This document shows positions 52,122 through 64,000 of a stretch of DNA of 64,000 nucleotides, in pieces; positions within the stretch are counted from its first letter, which is position 1, and each line of letters starts with the position of its first letter. This DNA is from Octopus vulgaris (lineage: Eukaryota). Location of the stretch: positions 54,002,001 through 54,066,000 of the forward strand of contig OX597816.1 in the NCBI GenBank assembly GCA_951406725.2. Direction: 5' to 3'. The notes beneath the pieces are model-generated. The model was not told where the DNA came from, made no database searches, and worked only from the letters and a program-made list of their open reading frames with translations. A program made the position numbers and the translations under genes.

Positions 52122-52490
52122 AAATACCATAACGAACTAAAAAAAAAATTTGTATAAGAGAAGAAATGCAAAAAAACTGAGAAGGCAGCATATAGAAAAT
52201 ATGGAAGGTTAAAGGTCCTTGTCACTAGTCATTGCCTCTGTGAGGCTCAAAGTTCGAAGATCATGCTGAATCACCTTGTCCCATGTCTTCACTATGCCAG
52301 TCACATAGCCTCCTTCCGACGTAAAGACAAAAGCAAAGCTTCTAAGTTGGCTAGCTATGTATGGCGTTTGAAAGATAATGAAATACCACATGTGATTAAG
52401 CGAAAAATAATTGAGAAATCCATACCTTATGTTAATGGAATGAATAAATGTAGGCTTTGTTTAGCTGAAAGCCCAGAGATCTTGTTCTGA

Positions 52491-52772
<282 letters not shown>

Positions 52773-52999
52773 AAAAAAAAAAAGAAATGGAGAAAAAGAA
52801 ACGAGTCGTGGCACCAATCTTGCTGTTAAAGATATCTTTCCAGCCTTATAATTTAAGGTCCAAGGAGGATAACTCTTTTCCCTTTTTTGCTTTTTACATT
52901 TTAGTTTTTGTGTTTCTGTTTTTTTAACCTACTGCATTGTCAATACGCTGCCTGTTTTCATGTTTCTTATTCAATTTTTTAGTTAATTATATGTGGTTT

Positions 53000-53054
53000 G
53001 TGCCTGATGAGTATGTTTGAGATATTTATCAACATATGAAACTATTAGTAGCAC
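53000..53054 (+). ncRNA. Minimal type I hammerhead ribozyme with intact core
   Basis: GUGC-CUGAUGA-GUAUGUU(13 nt)AACAUAU-GAAA-CUAUUAG-UA-GCAC. Stem I GUGC/GCAC, 7-bp stem II, near-palindromic stem III, GUA cleavage triplet ending at 53050. Confidence 0.8.
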
Positions 53055-53164
53055 TTAAAGACATGTATTGTGACCTTTAAATAAATAGTATGTGTCTCAA
53101 ACCAGATGAAGTACTTTTTTTGTTGAATTTTCTATCCTGGAACAGTACATTATATATGTATATA

Positions 53165-53645
53165 TGTAATGTGGAGAATGAATGAGAGGAGGAGAGCCTG
53201 CCAAATGTTGACCCCGTAGAGGTATCAGCTACCTCAATCAACAGCACCCTGGTAGATAAAGTAATTAAGGATATGAAGTCAGGAAAAGCTCCTGGCCCAT
53301 CAGGAATCACTGCTGAGATGCTTAAAATATCTGGTGGTGTGGGATATGGTCTAATCACCCATATTGTAAACCAGGTAGTTCATGAGGGAGTCACCCGATG
53401 ACTGGTGTAGCAGCACCATGATGCTTTAGATAGAAATAACTACAGAGGTATCAAACTACTGGATCAGGTGATGATGGTCACAGAGAGGGGGATGGCCCAA
53501 CTAATTAGGGAGAGAGTCTGCTTAGATGAAATGCAGTTCAGTTTTGTGTCAGGTAGAAGCACCACTGATGCAATATTCCTGGTAAGGCAACTGCAGGAGG
53601 TATACCTGGCCAAAGATAAACCTCCATACTTGGTTTTTGTTGATT
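53165..53645 (+). mobile_element. Old RTE RT fragment
   Basis: GKAPGPSGITAEML..NYRGIKLL..MQFSFVSGRSTTDAIF..LVFVDL. Confidence 0.83.
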
Positions 53646-54159
53646 TAAGTCAGCCGGATTGCTGACTTGCAAGTGTCCTAGGGGTGGAGTGAAACACTTT
53701 TGAATTGCTCATTTAGTATTTCACTTATCTTCATTGGGTTTCCTGTGAGGGAACCATCTTTTTCGAGGAGTCGCCCTACCCTACCTTGGACTGCACTGAG
53801 GTTGTTTCTTTGGCAGACTTGTGGAAGGCTCTGGAGTTAGATTTTGTATTGTCGACATAAAAGCACCATTTGAGTGTGGTCATTGTCAGTGCCGCCTGAC
53901 AGGCTCCCATGCCAGTGGCACATAAAAAGCATCATTCAAGTGTGGTCGAGGCCAGTACTGCCTGATTGGCCCCCGTGCCTGTGGCACGTAAAAAGCACCC
54001 ACTACACTCTTGGAGTGGTTGGCGTTAGGAAGGACATCCAGCTGTAGAAACTTTGCCAGATCAGCTTGGAGCCTAGTGCAGCCTTCTGGCTTGCCAGCCC
54101 TCAGTCAAAATGTCCAACCCATGCCAGCTTGGAGAGCGGACGTTAAACGATGCTGATCC

Positions 54160-54605
54160 CTCTACATGGCTTGTACAGCTCTCACTAACCGCTCATCTAT
54201 TCATAGTTTCTGCATTGACCACCAGATAAGGGATCGGGGACCCTGTCAAAGGCTTTCTCCATGTCAACAAAGGCCAAGTACAGAGGTTTATCTTAGGCTA
54301 GGTATTTCTCCTGCAATTCATTTCTAAGCAAGAAGTATACCTATGGCCCCGACTCCATCAGTGTTCTCTACCCAGAAAATCTTATGCATATGTTCTTTGC
54401 CTGTGAGGAAGCTAGCAGAACTTTCTCTCCACCTTACTTCTTGGATGCAGCACAAATCTACACGTCTCCATTCAAGCATGTCAACAATCTCACCAGACCT
54501 ACCTTTCAATGTGCCAACTCTGAGGGTGTGGGAGGTGTGGGTCCATGAGACCCTGGGATAGGGTACAGCAGCATCGTGTACCTGAAAAGAGAGCTTGCAT
54601 TTGGC
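54160..54605 (-). mobile_element. RTE endonuclease start fused to an RT fragment (internal deletion)
   Basis: LRVGTLKGRSGEIV..CIQEVRW joined to LQEKYLA..VDMEKAFDRVP. Confidence 0.8.
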
Positions 54606-55820
54606 AGAACTTATAAACATACAAGAGCCTTCAACCTGCATACGTTACACCATCATTTTATGCACTAAAGAAGCACTACATTGCATAGGAGATAAACCCT
54701 AAGTAGGGATGGATGAGCATTAAACCATTGGAGGGGTTCAAGGGAAAGACATCCAATACAGGTCAGCGGATTAAGATTTCCAGTACAGGTGGTGGGGGTG
54801 GCAAGGGCGGGCACACAGCAAAACAGAAAACACTCTGGTTGCCGAAGTGAAAGAATAGTAATAATAATAATGAACCATCCGAACGTGGCTGTAGCCAGCG
54901 CCGCCCTGACTGGCCTCTGTGCCGGTGGCATGTAAAAAGCACCATCCGATCGTGGCCGTTGCCAGCTCCGTCTGGTCTCCGTGGTGGTGGCACGTAAAAA
55001 GCACCATCCGATTGTGGCCGTTTGCCAGCCTTGTCTGGCATTGAAGATGAAACTGTATTTACTCAGATAGATACTGAAATGAAATAATAAAGTGATTATA
55101 ATTTGCGTTGTAAAAGAGGTTTTAGATGTGTGCTAGGTTGGAAAACAAATTTGCTTCTGGCACGGGGGCCAGTCAGGCGGTACTAGATTCGAGCAAGGTA
55201 GTTGCCAGTACCGCCTGACTGGCCCCCATGCTGGTGGCACATAGAAAGCACCCACTACACTCTTAGAGTGGTTGGCATTAGGAAGGGCATCCAGCTGTAG
55301 AAATTCTGTCAGATCAAGATTGGAGCCTGGTGCAGCCATCTGGTTTGCCAGTCCTCAGTCAAAATCGTCTAACCTATGCTAGCATGGAAAGCGGATGTTA
55401 AACGATGATGATGATGATGATGCACATCTTCTGATTTCTACTCTGTGTGACATGAGAGAGAAAGAGTGTGTGTATATGTGCACACACACACACGCATGCA
55501 CACACACACACACATTTATATTAACCAGAGGTGCACAAAACAGCATAAAGGTGACTGTTTTGAAGGTGGGGTAGAAAATGTTGAGAATTTCTCTGTTTGT
55601 ATAACCTTGTTTGAGAAATGGAGAGAAGAAAGATTGAGCAAAGAAATGGGTTTCCACAAATGGGAAGAATTTTGAGAAGGATTTTGTCTCAAGATTGTTT
55701 CTGCAGTGAAAGGGTTTCCCATGTCTAAGTGTTCATGAGCACATTAAATATGATTGCCACACACGCACACAGAAACTGTAAAGGTATTAAGAAGGTAGAA
55801 ATGATGACAAAACAGATATA

Positions 55821-56205
55821 GGCGCAGGAGTGGCTGTGTGGTAAGTAGCTTGCTAACCAACCACATGGTTCTGGGTTCAGTCCCACTGCGTGGCGTCTTG
55901 GGCAAGTGTCTTCTGCTATAGCCCCGGGCCGACCAGTGCCTTGTGAGTGGATTTGGTAGATGGAAACTGAAAGAAGCCTGTCGTATATATGTGTATGTGT
56001 GTTTGTCCCCCTAGCATTACTTGACAACCGATGCTGGTGTGTTTACGTCCCCGTTACTTAGCGGTTTGGCAAAAGAGACCAATAGAATAAGTACTGGGCT
56101 TACAAAGAATAAGTCCCGGGGTCGATTTGGTCAACTAAAGGCGGTGCTCCAGCATGGCCGCAGTCAAATGACTGAAACAATTAAAAGTAAAAGTAAAAAG
56201 TAAAG
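55821..56205 (+). mobile_element. SINE family A
   Basis: Full copy from the GGCGCAGGAGTGG head to the (AAAAGT)n tail. Confidence 0.88.
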
Positions 56206-56759
56206 TATTGTAGCACAGCACAGTCCTCTGGTTCATCAGTTCCTGTTGAATCATCCAACCCATGGTAGCATGTTAAATGATGATAATGAATGATGTGTGG
56301 ATGTAGTAAATGTGTTTGTATGTAGCATGTATATTCAAATCTAATTTTATGCGGATTGATATATATGTTTCATCCTCATCGTCATTTAGCATCCGCTTTC
56401 CATGCTAGCATGGGTTGGACGGTTCAACTGGGGTTTGGGAAGCTAGAAGGCTGCACCAGGCCTAGTCTGATCTGGCAATGTTTCTACGGCTGGATGCCCT
56501 TCCTAACGCCAACCACTCCGTGAGTGTAGTGGGTGCTTTTTACGTGTCACCGGCACAGGTGCCAGACGGGGCTGGCAAACGGCCACAGTCGGATGGTGCT
56601 TTTTACCTGCCACCGGCACGGGGGTCAGGCGAGGCCGTTATTTCTTAATTAACAGATATTGTATGCTTTTACATGACTAGAATAGCTGTTCCCTACTGAA
56701 ATTTCTGTAGTTATTTACTGTTTCATCAAAATATTTAAATGGTTTTCTTTCCATTGCAG

Positions 56760-56834
56760 ATATTGATGGCGATCCATCAAACAATCCAACAACCAGAACC
56801 TTATTTCTAACACGTTCCAAGACCAACTTCAAAA
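56760..56834 (+). CDS. CCNY: Cyclin Y, coding exon 2 (75 nt, phase 1-1)
   Basis: ttccattgcag|AT ATT GAT GGC GAT CCA...TTC AAA A|gtaagc encodes DIDGDPSNNPTTRTLFLTRSKTNFK, matching NPSDHPRASTIFLSKSQT. Confidence 0.9.
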
Positions 56835-57193
56835 GTAAGCTCATTTTGTTTTTCTTCTTTTGTTTGTGTCTATGATGTATGTCTTTATTGGTTTGTGGTA
56901 TACAGGCAAATATTTTATTATTGTTGACTGTCAGAAACCTGTTTTCAGCAAATTTGTAGAGTGTGAGATGACGTTAATGAGTCACACAGGAGAGTATGAG
57001 GTCTCCAGTGGATCTGGCTTCACAAATAGTTGACTGATGGGGAAGGAGAAATACAGGAAGGAGACAAATATTTAGTACAGTGGAGATGGTTGTTTATAAT
57101 CATGTCGAAGATGTTGGAAGTGATAGTTAGGATTAGGGTTATCAAAGAAGTTGCTCTTGTTGGCATTGGTTGGTGAGTGTTCAAAGACATTGA

Positions 57194-58438
57194 TCTCTTA
57201 TTATAAAAGGCAGATTTTATCTGCCTCCCTTTGGGAGTTATAGAAATCTACAATATAACATTTCTTCAATTACAATTTACCTAGCATTTTTAAGAGTAGA
57301 ATGCATCGCGTCATGCCAGGTCCAGTTTTTAAAATTTTAAACTCCAATTAAGCAAAATTTACAGAAAACTCACATTCTGGTGTGTGTGTCAAATGCTTTT
57401 CTTAGTCTGGTTTACACCACATGCAAACGCACACACACAGTGTGCAACGAATAAAATGAAAGTAAATAGCGACAGAGTGATTTGAGGAAGACTAAACTGA
57501 AAGTATTTCAACCACTACTCAAAAAATAAAAAAACACAGCAAACAGAAACAAATAAATACATAACCAATTACTCCTCACACAATTTCTTCAATTAGAATT
57601 TACCTAAGATTTTTCAGAGTACTTCAGTGGGTGATGCCATAAAAGATTTCTTTCAATTTTACCACCAATTAAGACAAAATTCGAGAAAACTCAATATTTT
57701 AACATATCACTCCGAAAGCATTGATGTACATGTGTGCGTGCGTGAGTGTGTGTGTGTCATTCCTCACACACACGCATACACATACATATACAACTACACA
57801 CAACTACATACACATACAACTACATACAAACACGTGTGTGTTTGTTATTAGTAAAAAGGCGCCAAAACTCAACTCACTTATCATTCCAACACATTTGCAA
57901 AGACACATGGACGGATAGAAAAGGTAAATTGGTTTTTATTTTACTCTGTATATATTTTATTATATAATATTATATATAGATATATGTATATATAATTGCA
58001 GTATGAACCAGTGTTTATGTATAAACAGACGACACTTATATATAGTTACCAAGCCGCCCGAATTTACCTATTCATATTTAAATGAGAATATCAGAGCAAA
58101 TCTCTTTAGTACATTCGTGAAAACACGTATTATACTTCGTAAACACTTCAACTACAGTTTTGTACAAAAATCGAAGTGTAATTTTAATTCCGTGAATTAT
58201 GGGAGATTTCCCCAGTCGCCCCGCAAAGCCATTAAAAAATCAATAGAAGTGCTTTTTTGTGAATTTTCTATCCAAAACCCAATCAAAATGCCTGAAACTT
58301 GATACACCAATTGAATGCCTGCTAGCTGTATGTGATTGGTTGGAGATTTGGATAGTACTCGCGTGTATGTGCGCACGCACGCAGCTGTATATGCATGCAC
58401 TAGCACTATGACCCGGCGTTGCCGAGTCATAGTGCTAG
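57194..58438 (+). mobile_element. Non-autonomous Helitron-like element
   Basis: A|TC start, 5' hairpin AGGCAGAT/ATCTGCCT, internal diverged duplication with ~320-bp period, terminal hairpin and CTAG|T end. Confidence 0.72.
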
Positions 58439-59137
58439 TTGATATATATTTTTGAAGAGAAAGAGATCAAAGATTTTCACAAGGATAGGAGTTAGGTCTG
58501 GGTTGTGTTGTTTGAAATTAGTGGTTAGGACTGGAATGGGAAAGAATAGTTTTGCAGGACAGGTGGCAAATGTGGAGACCTTCTTTGTGGAATACTGTTT
58601 ATGTAACTATATTTGAAAGGTGGAGGGAATGAGGACTTTGTAACGTTGATGGAAATCCCTTTTGGAAAGCATCAAAAGGATTGCCTACAGTTTTGGAAAT
58701 GAGTGAGATTACAAGCTCTGCTATGCAAGGAAGCATTTTTGTGCTGTGAGTGATGTCTTCTGCAGGAGTTTGTGATGGGTCAAAGCTATCCAGTATGTGA
58801 ACAATTTTCTGTAAGCATTGTAGGGTTGTATTATTTTCTCTGAATAACTGCAGTATTGCAGCTCTGACTGAAAGATTTAGGGTTGTGAATGAAGTGGGGG
58901 GTATGACTAAGGTGATTTCAGCCTGTTTCTGATGGCTAGCATGGAACCAGCAGAATTTTGGCCGGTTAGCTGACTTGAAGAACCAAATAGCTCTGGCAGT
59001 GGAGTTAGGTTATATAGTATGGGAATATTTGGTGGGTAGCATGTGGGTGACTTGATTGATATAAATGCAAATAAGGATTTGGGAGGGATTGGGTTTGGAG
59101 GTGAGAAAAAGACTGTTTGCGTATTGGTCTAGCATAT

Positions 59138-59353
59138 TCTTTTATTCTTTTACTTGTTTCAGTCATTTGACTGCGGCCATGCTGGAGCACTGCCTTTAGT
59201 CGAGCAAATCGACCCCGGGACTTATTCTTTGTAAGCCCAGTACTTATTCTATCGGTCTCTTTTGCCGAACCGCTAAGTGACGGGGGACGTAAACACACCA
59301 GCATCGGTTGTCAAGCAATGCTAGGGGGGACAAACACAGACATACAAACACAT

Positions 59354-59384
<31 letters not shown>

Positions 59385-59541
59385 CATATATATGACAGGC
59401 TTCTTTCAGTTTCCGTCTACCAAATCCACTCACAAGGCATTGGTCGGCCCGGGGCTATAGCAGAAGACACTTGCCCAAGATGCCACACAGTGGGACTGAA
59501 CCCGGAACAGTGTGGTTGGTTAGCAAGCTACTTACCACACG
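59138..59541 (-). mobile_element. SINE family A inserted in a degenerate LINE
   Basis: Near-identical to 7113-7517 except for a slightly truncated head. Confidence 0.87.
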
Positions 59542-60684
59542 GCTGAGGATTTTAACTTTCACAACATATTTCTGTTGTAGTCCCACATGTTAACCTTCAC
59601 AGCACTTCACTATTTCAATTTGAAATAAATTCAAACCTTTGTTCATAGAAACCCTGTTTTTTTCTGGCAGTAAACAGTTTTGATGATGCTGAACAGAAGA
59701 TAGTCTTTATCATGCTTTAGAGGAAAACAGATCAGGGATTATATATAAGGGAATTATTTTGTCATACAAAATCACACCATACTACTTGATTGAGAAGACA
59801 CTATTCAGATCCTTTTAGCTTCTGTTTAATGGTGTCCAGCTACAAAAAAAAAAAAAAAAAGCTTTGATAAATTCACCTCCTTTGGCTCTCACCATTACAA
59901 CTAATCATGAGCCCCTTAGTAGCTACTTGACCTGTTACAAATAGTGGCCAAATTCCATTTAAATTGGGTTTGTGGCATACTAGAAGATTGAATGTAAGAA
60001 AACCATATTCAAATGATCTAAACATCAGAATAGCTAAAGTTTGAAAGACCAGATGCTCAGAACACTAAATTTTGAAATATTTTAGAGGAAAATATAAAGG
60101 TGGGTTTTAAAGATAACATTTCTTTACAATTTTAAAATGGAGTTTGTTTGAAAGAGTTATTGTAATATGTGTACATGTCTTTTTGATAGACTCTGTCAAA
60201 ATAACTATATTAGAAGAAAAATGGTAGTTTTTAAAATAGTTTATTTGAGAATTTTAACATATTTACTCTTTTTATAGTGATATGTCAATATCTTAGGAAA
60301 AATTAGTGGGAAAATGGTCTTAAAACCATTTATTTGCAGTTTTAAAATGGATTTTGAGAAACCTCTAACATTTCTTTGTTTTTATTATGCTGTGTGAGAA
60401 TATCAAAAACATGAAAGATATGGTGATCATATTTATTTACAAAATAATAATAATAATAATAATAATAATATAATTCCTTTCTACTATAGGCACAAGACCT
60501 GGAATTTGTGGGGAGGGGGATAGTCGATTACATTGACCCCAGTACTTGACTGGTTTTTAATTTATCGACCCTAAAAGGATGAAAAGCAAAGTTGACTTCA
60601 GTGGAATTTGGACTCAGAACGTAGGGGCAGACATAATACCAAGCATTTTGCCCAGCATGCTAACAATTCTGCCAGCTCATTGCC

Positions 60685-60720
<36 letters not shown>

Positions 60721-62571
60721 TCAAATTTTTGCCACAAGAGCAACTTGGGGGAAGGGATTTCAGCTTTTGTTTGTCTTCGATATCATATTCTTGCCATACA
60801 ATTTTGTTGTTTGTAAGTTGATTAAATCAACCCCAGTGTGTAGCTGGTACTTCTTTTATCAACTCCGAAAAGATGAAAGGCAAAGTCGACTTTAGTGGAT
60901 TTTGAACTCAGAATGTAGGGGGCACACAAAATACTGTTAAGCATTTCACCAAGTATGCTAATGGTTGTACCTGCTCACCACCTAAATAATAATAATAATA
61001 ATAATAGAAATGTATTATATGTGGTGAGGTATAATATTGAAATTTGTGAAAACTTAATTATTGAATACTTTGCTCTTTAAATTCTTTTGTTCTTTAATAT
61101 TTTGCTTTTCTATTTATTTTCCTTCTTTACTTAGAAACAAACAACATAGTTTGTACAATGGTGACATTTGCTTGACACCATCATGAGCATGTGAAAAGAT
61201 TACCAAGTTGAATTTTAATATGCTTGTGTTCTTTGCTTATCTCCCTTTACCTTCACTCTTTCACTTGATAAAAGCAACAAATTCAGTCTTTCAGTTGTTT
61301 GAATTGTTTACATTTGTTCATCATCATCATCATCATCTAGAGAAAAGAAGAAAGCTTTTCAATAAATGAGAGAATTTAAAAATAAACAGATGAATTCAGT
61401 AAATAAACTATTTCAGCTTTTGTTTGTCTTTGATATCATATTCTTGCCATACATATTTGTTGTTTGTAAGTAGATGGGTACACCCTACCTTGTTTGCATT
61501 TGTTGCTTTCAAGTAGCTTATAAAAGTAAATGTTTTTTATAACCATCCCTTTAAAACCATAAATGAATGTGTTTTAAGATATTTTTTTTGCTCATAGTTT
61601 TTCCCTAATGTTATCATCATCATCATTTTAACGTCTTTTATTTGGTGCTTGTGTTGGCCAAACGGAATTTGTTGAGCCAGATTTTCTATGACTGGATGCC
61701 CTTTTTGTTTTCAGCCCTTACCTGTTTGAAAGTGGGGTTATATTTCTACATGGGTGGGTATGTTTCCATGGCTGGTTGAAAATGATTGATACTGTTTGTA
61801 CAATAGTGACACTTGATCTTTACATCATATGATGGTTGTAGACAAGCAGACACACCCATACATATATAAATTGCTTCTTTCAACTTTTATCTACCTAATC
61901 CACTCACAAGACTTTGGTTGGTCCAAGGCTATAATAGAAAGCACTTGCCCAAAGCGCCATACTATGGAATTGAACCTGAAGCAATGTAGTTGGGAAGCAA
62001 ACTTCTCTTAAGCACACAGCCATGCCAGGACCTATATTTGAAGAAAGAAAAGATTAGTGACCCAAAGCATTTGGTCTCTCAAGCTTTTGGTATTCTATTT
62101 TTAGGTAATTTGATTTCAACCCTTCCAAGTTTGACTTTCTTGTTTGGTGTTCGGCACCCATTCAAACCACATTTTCCTGATAATGTACTTTTGTCTGATA
62201 ATGTAGTTTTTTTTAATCTCAATCTGCAGACATTACTATATTTTCACCCTACCATGTCCTCTGCATCCCTCTTTCAGCTGAGATATTCTAGTCTTGCAGA
62301 CCCCTGTGTTGGTATCACATGAAAGTGCCCATGCTGGTGACACATAAAAAGCTGCTAGTTCACTCTGTAAAGGGGTTGGTGTTAGGAAGGGCATCCAGCC
62401 ATAGAAACCATGTCAGAATAGACAAATGAAGCCCTGGCAGCTCTCCAGTCTTGGCAGCTCTCCTGTCAAACTGTTTAACTCATGCCAGCATGGAGAACGG
62501 ACGTTAAATGATGATGATGTGCCCATTAGAGCAGATATCATTGCCTCAGTAATTATATTTTCTATTTACAG

Positions 62572-62615
62572 ATAATAAAATTCGCCGAAGAAGCCAGTAC
62601 GATCTTCATCACCAT
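62572..62615 (+). CDS. CCNY: Cyclin Y, coding exon 3 (44 nt)
   Basis: tctatttacag|AT AAT AAA ATT CGC CGA AGA AGC CAG...CAC CAT|gtaact encodes NNKIRRRSQYDLHHH. It is in phase with exon 2 and aligns to REKRKSLFINHH. Confidence 0.75.
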
Positions 62616-63801
62616 GTAACTATATATGTTTTCTACATTGATCTAACAATAGTCAGTTTGTAGTACATTAGCTGGAGGTAATAGTGTGCACTAACATCGC
62701 CTTTAAACTTATTTATTTCTCTATAATTAAAACTAATTGCTAGCCAAACTTGTCTTATTATTTCACTCATAATAGTTCTTCATTGCAATTTTAACTTTTT
62801 AAATTTTGATCCAGAGTTTCCTTTGTTCTGGTTCTGAAAGAAAAATAAATTTAGAATTGTTTGAAAGGAGTCATTCATACTTAAAGGGTTAACATTTTTG
62901 ATACCTACCTGCCTGGGATGACTCGTGATAACTTCCTGTTTTAAAGAGCTCTGAATTAAAAGCTTCCATCAAATAAAGACGATGTTCTTTTTAGTAAATT
63001 TTTCATTATTTTAAAAATTTATTTATACAAAAGGTAGTTTATAGAAATATGGTAATGTGGGTTTGACAGAATTAATTTTAAACTAGGATTCAAAATCTTT
63101 GAGAATTTGTCTAAACATTAAAAGGTTAAACTGAAATTAGTTTTTTGTGTTTCACATATCTTTTTTCTGTGTCATTTGGTTTCATTAAAATATTTAATGT
63201 GGTGTATCCTTGTAATATGCTGGGGCCTGACTCACACTCCCTCCCTCCCTCTTTCTATTAAGTCTGCCTCCCCAAAAGAAATTATTAAACATCTACAGTC
63301 AATCATACATAACTTTCCTCTAAATGTATTTCTGACACTCGAGGTATTGTTTACATTTTGTAAATATCTGATTATCAACCGCCCCCACCAATAGCAAATC
63401 TACTCACTTCTCTATCTATCTGCCCACTGTCCTATCTACAATATATACAGGGGAAGAATTCACAAAAGAAAACAAACAAAAGATGAAGACAGGTGGTGTA
63501 GACAACAAAGAGATGTATTAGCTCGGGAAGTGAAAAACGTTTCGAGCCTAATTTCAAACAGTTGGAGTCAGTCTCTTGTGAGTTAAAGTAGGCTTCTTAC
63601 AAAAACCTCTCTTGTTATTAGGCTCAGTTAACGGAATGGAGAGATGCAGGAAGTCCAAGATGGCTGTCTGTAATATATATATATATGTACTGACATTCCG
63701 TCGGTTTCAATGACGAGGGTTCCAGTCGATCCAATTAACAGAACAGCCTGTTTGTGAAATTAATGTACAAGTGGCTGAGTAGTCCACAGACACATGTACC
63801 T

Positions 63802-64000
63802 ATTTCTTTACTACCCACAAGGGGCTAAACACAGAGAGAGGACAAACAAGGACAGACAAATGGATTAATTTGATTACATCGACCCCAGTGCGTAACTGGT
63901 ACTTAATTTATCGACCCCGAAAGGATGAAAAGCAAAGTCGACCTTGGCGGAATTTGAACTCAGAACGTAACGGCAGACGAAATACTGCTAAGCATTTCGC
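63802..64000 (-). mobile_element. SINE family B, running off the window edge (other copies at 11362-11560, 18300-18510, 60475-60985)
   Basis: Reverse complement of the 2572-2803 family. Confidence 0.85.

Noticed and set aside
61417-61465. Duplicated CCNY micro-exon between CAG and GTAAGT
   Set aside because: At 49 nt it would break frame, it has a poor polypyrimidine tract and no cyclin Y similarity, and exons 2 and 3 already join in phase.

Overview
AT-rich, repeat-dense animal genomic DNA. The SINE/RTE repertoire and protein sequences point to a coleoid cephalopod, most likely Octopus (inferred, not database-checked). Two spliced host genes diverge from the middle of the window. Obg-like ATPase 1 (OLA1) is on the minus strand, with a probable 5'UTR exon near 19.2 kb and coding exons 8461-8364, 6962-6880 and 6019-5959; it continues past the left edge. 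Cyclin Y (CCNY) is on the plus strand, with exons 37904-38117, 56760-56834 and 62572-62615; it continues past the right edge. The rest is mostly transposon debris: RTE, CR1 and R4/Dong LINEs, tRNA-derived SINEs, Tc1/mariner, piggyBac and mariner MITEs, Helitrons, a deleted LTR element and minisatellites. Four signals stand out. (1) A Penelope-like insertion with inverted hammerhead-bearing repeats carries a histone H2A fragment in frame with its endonuclease C-terminus (52.0-53.1 kb). (2) A tRNA-headed, hammerhead-tailed SINE occurs as a head-to-head pair, suggesting Penelope-driven mobilisation (25.9-27.0 kb). (3) An LTR element has a self-priming-type primer site (3.8-4.4 kb). (4) A 307-bp apparently perfect inverted duplication lies in CCNY intron 1. 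Everything was read by eye, so repeat boundaries without TSDs are approximate.
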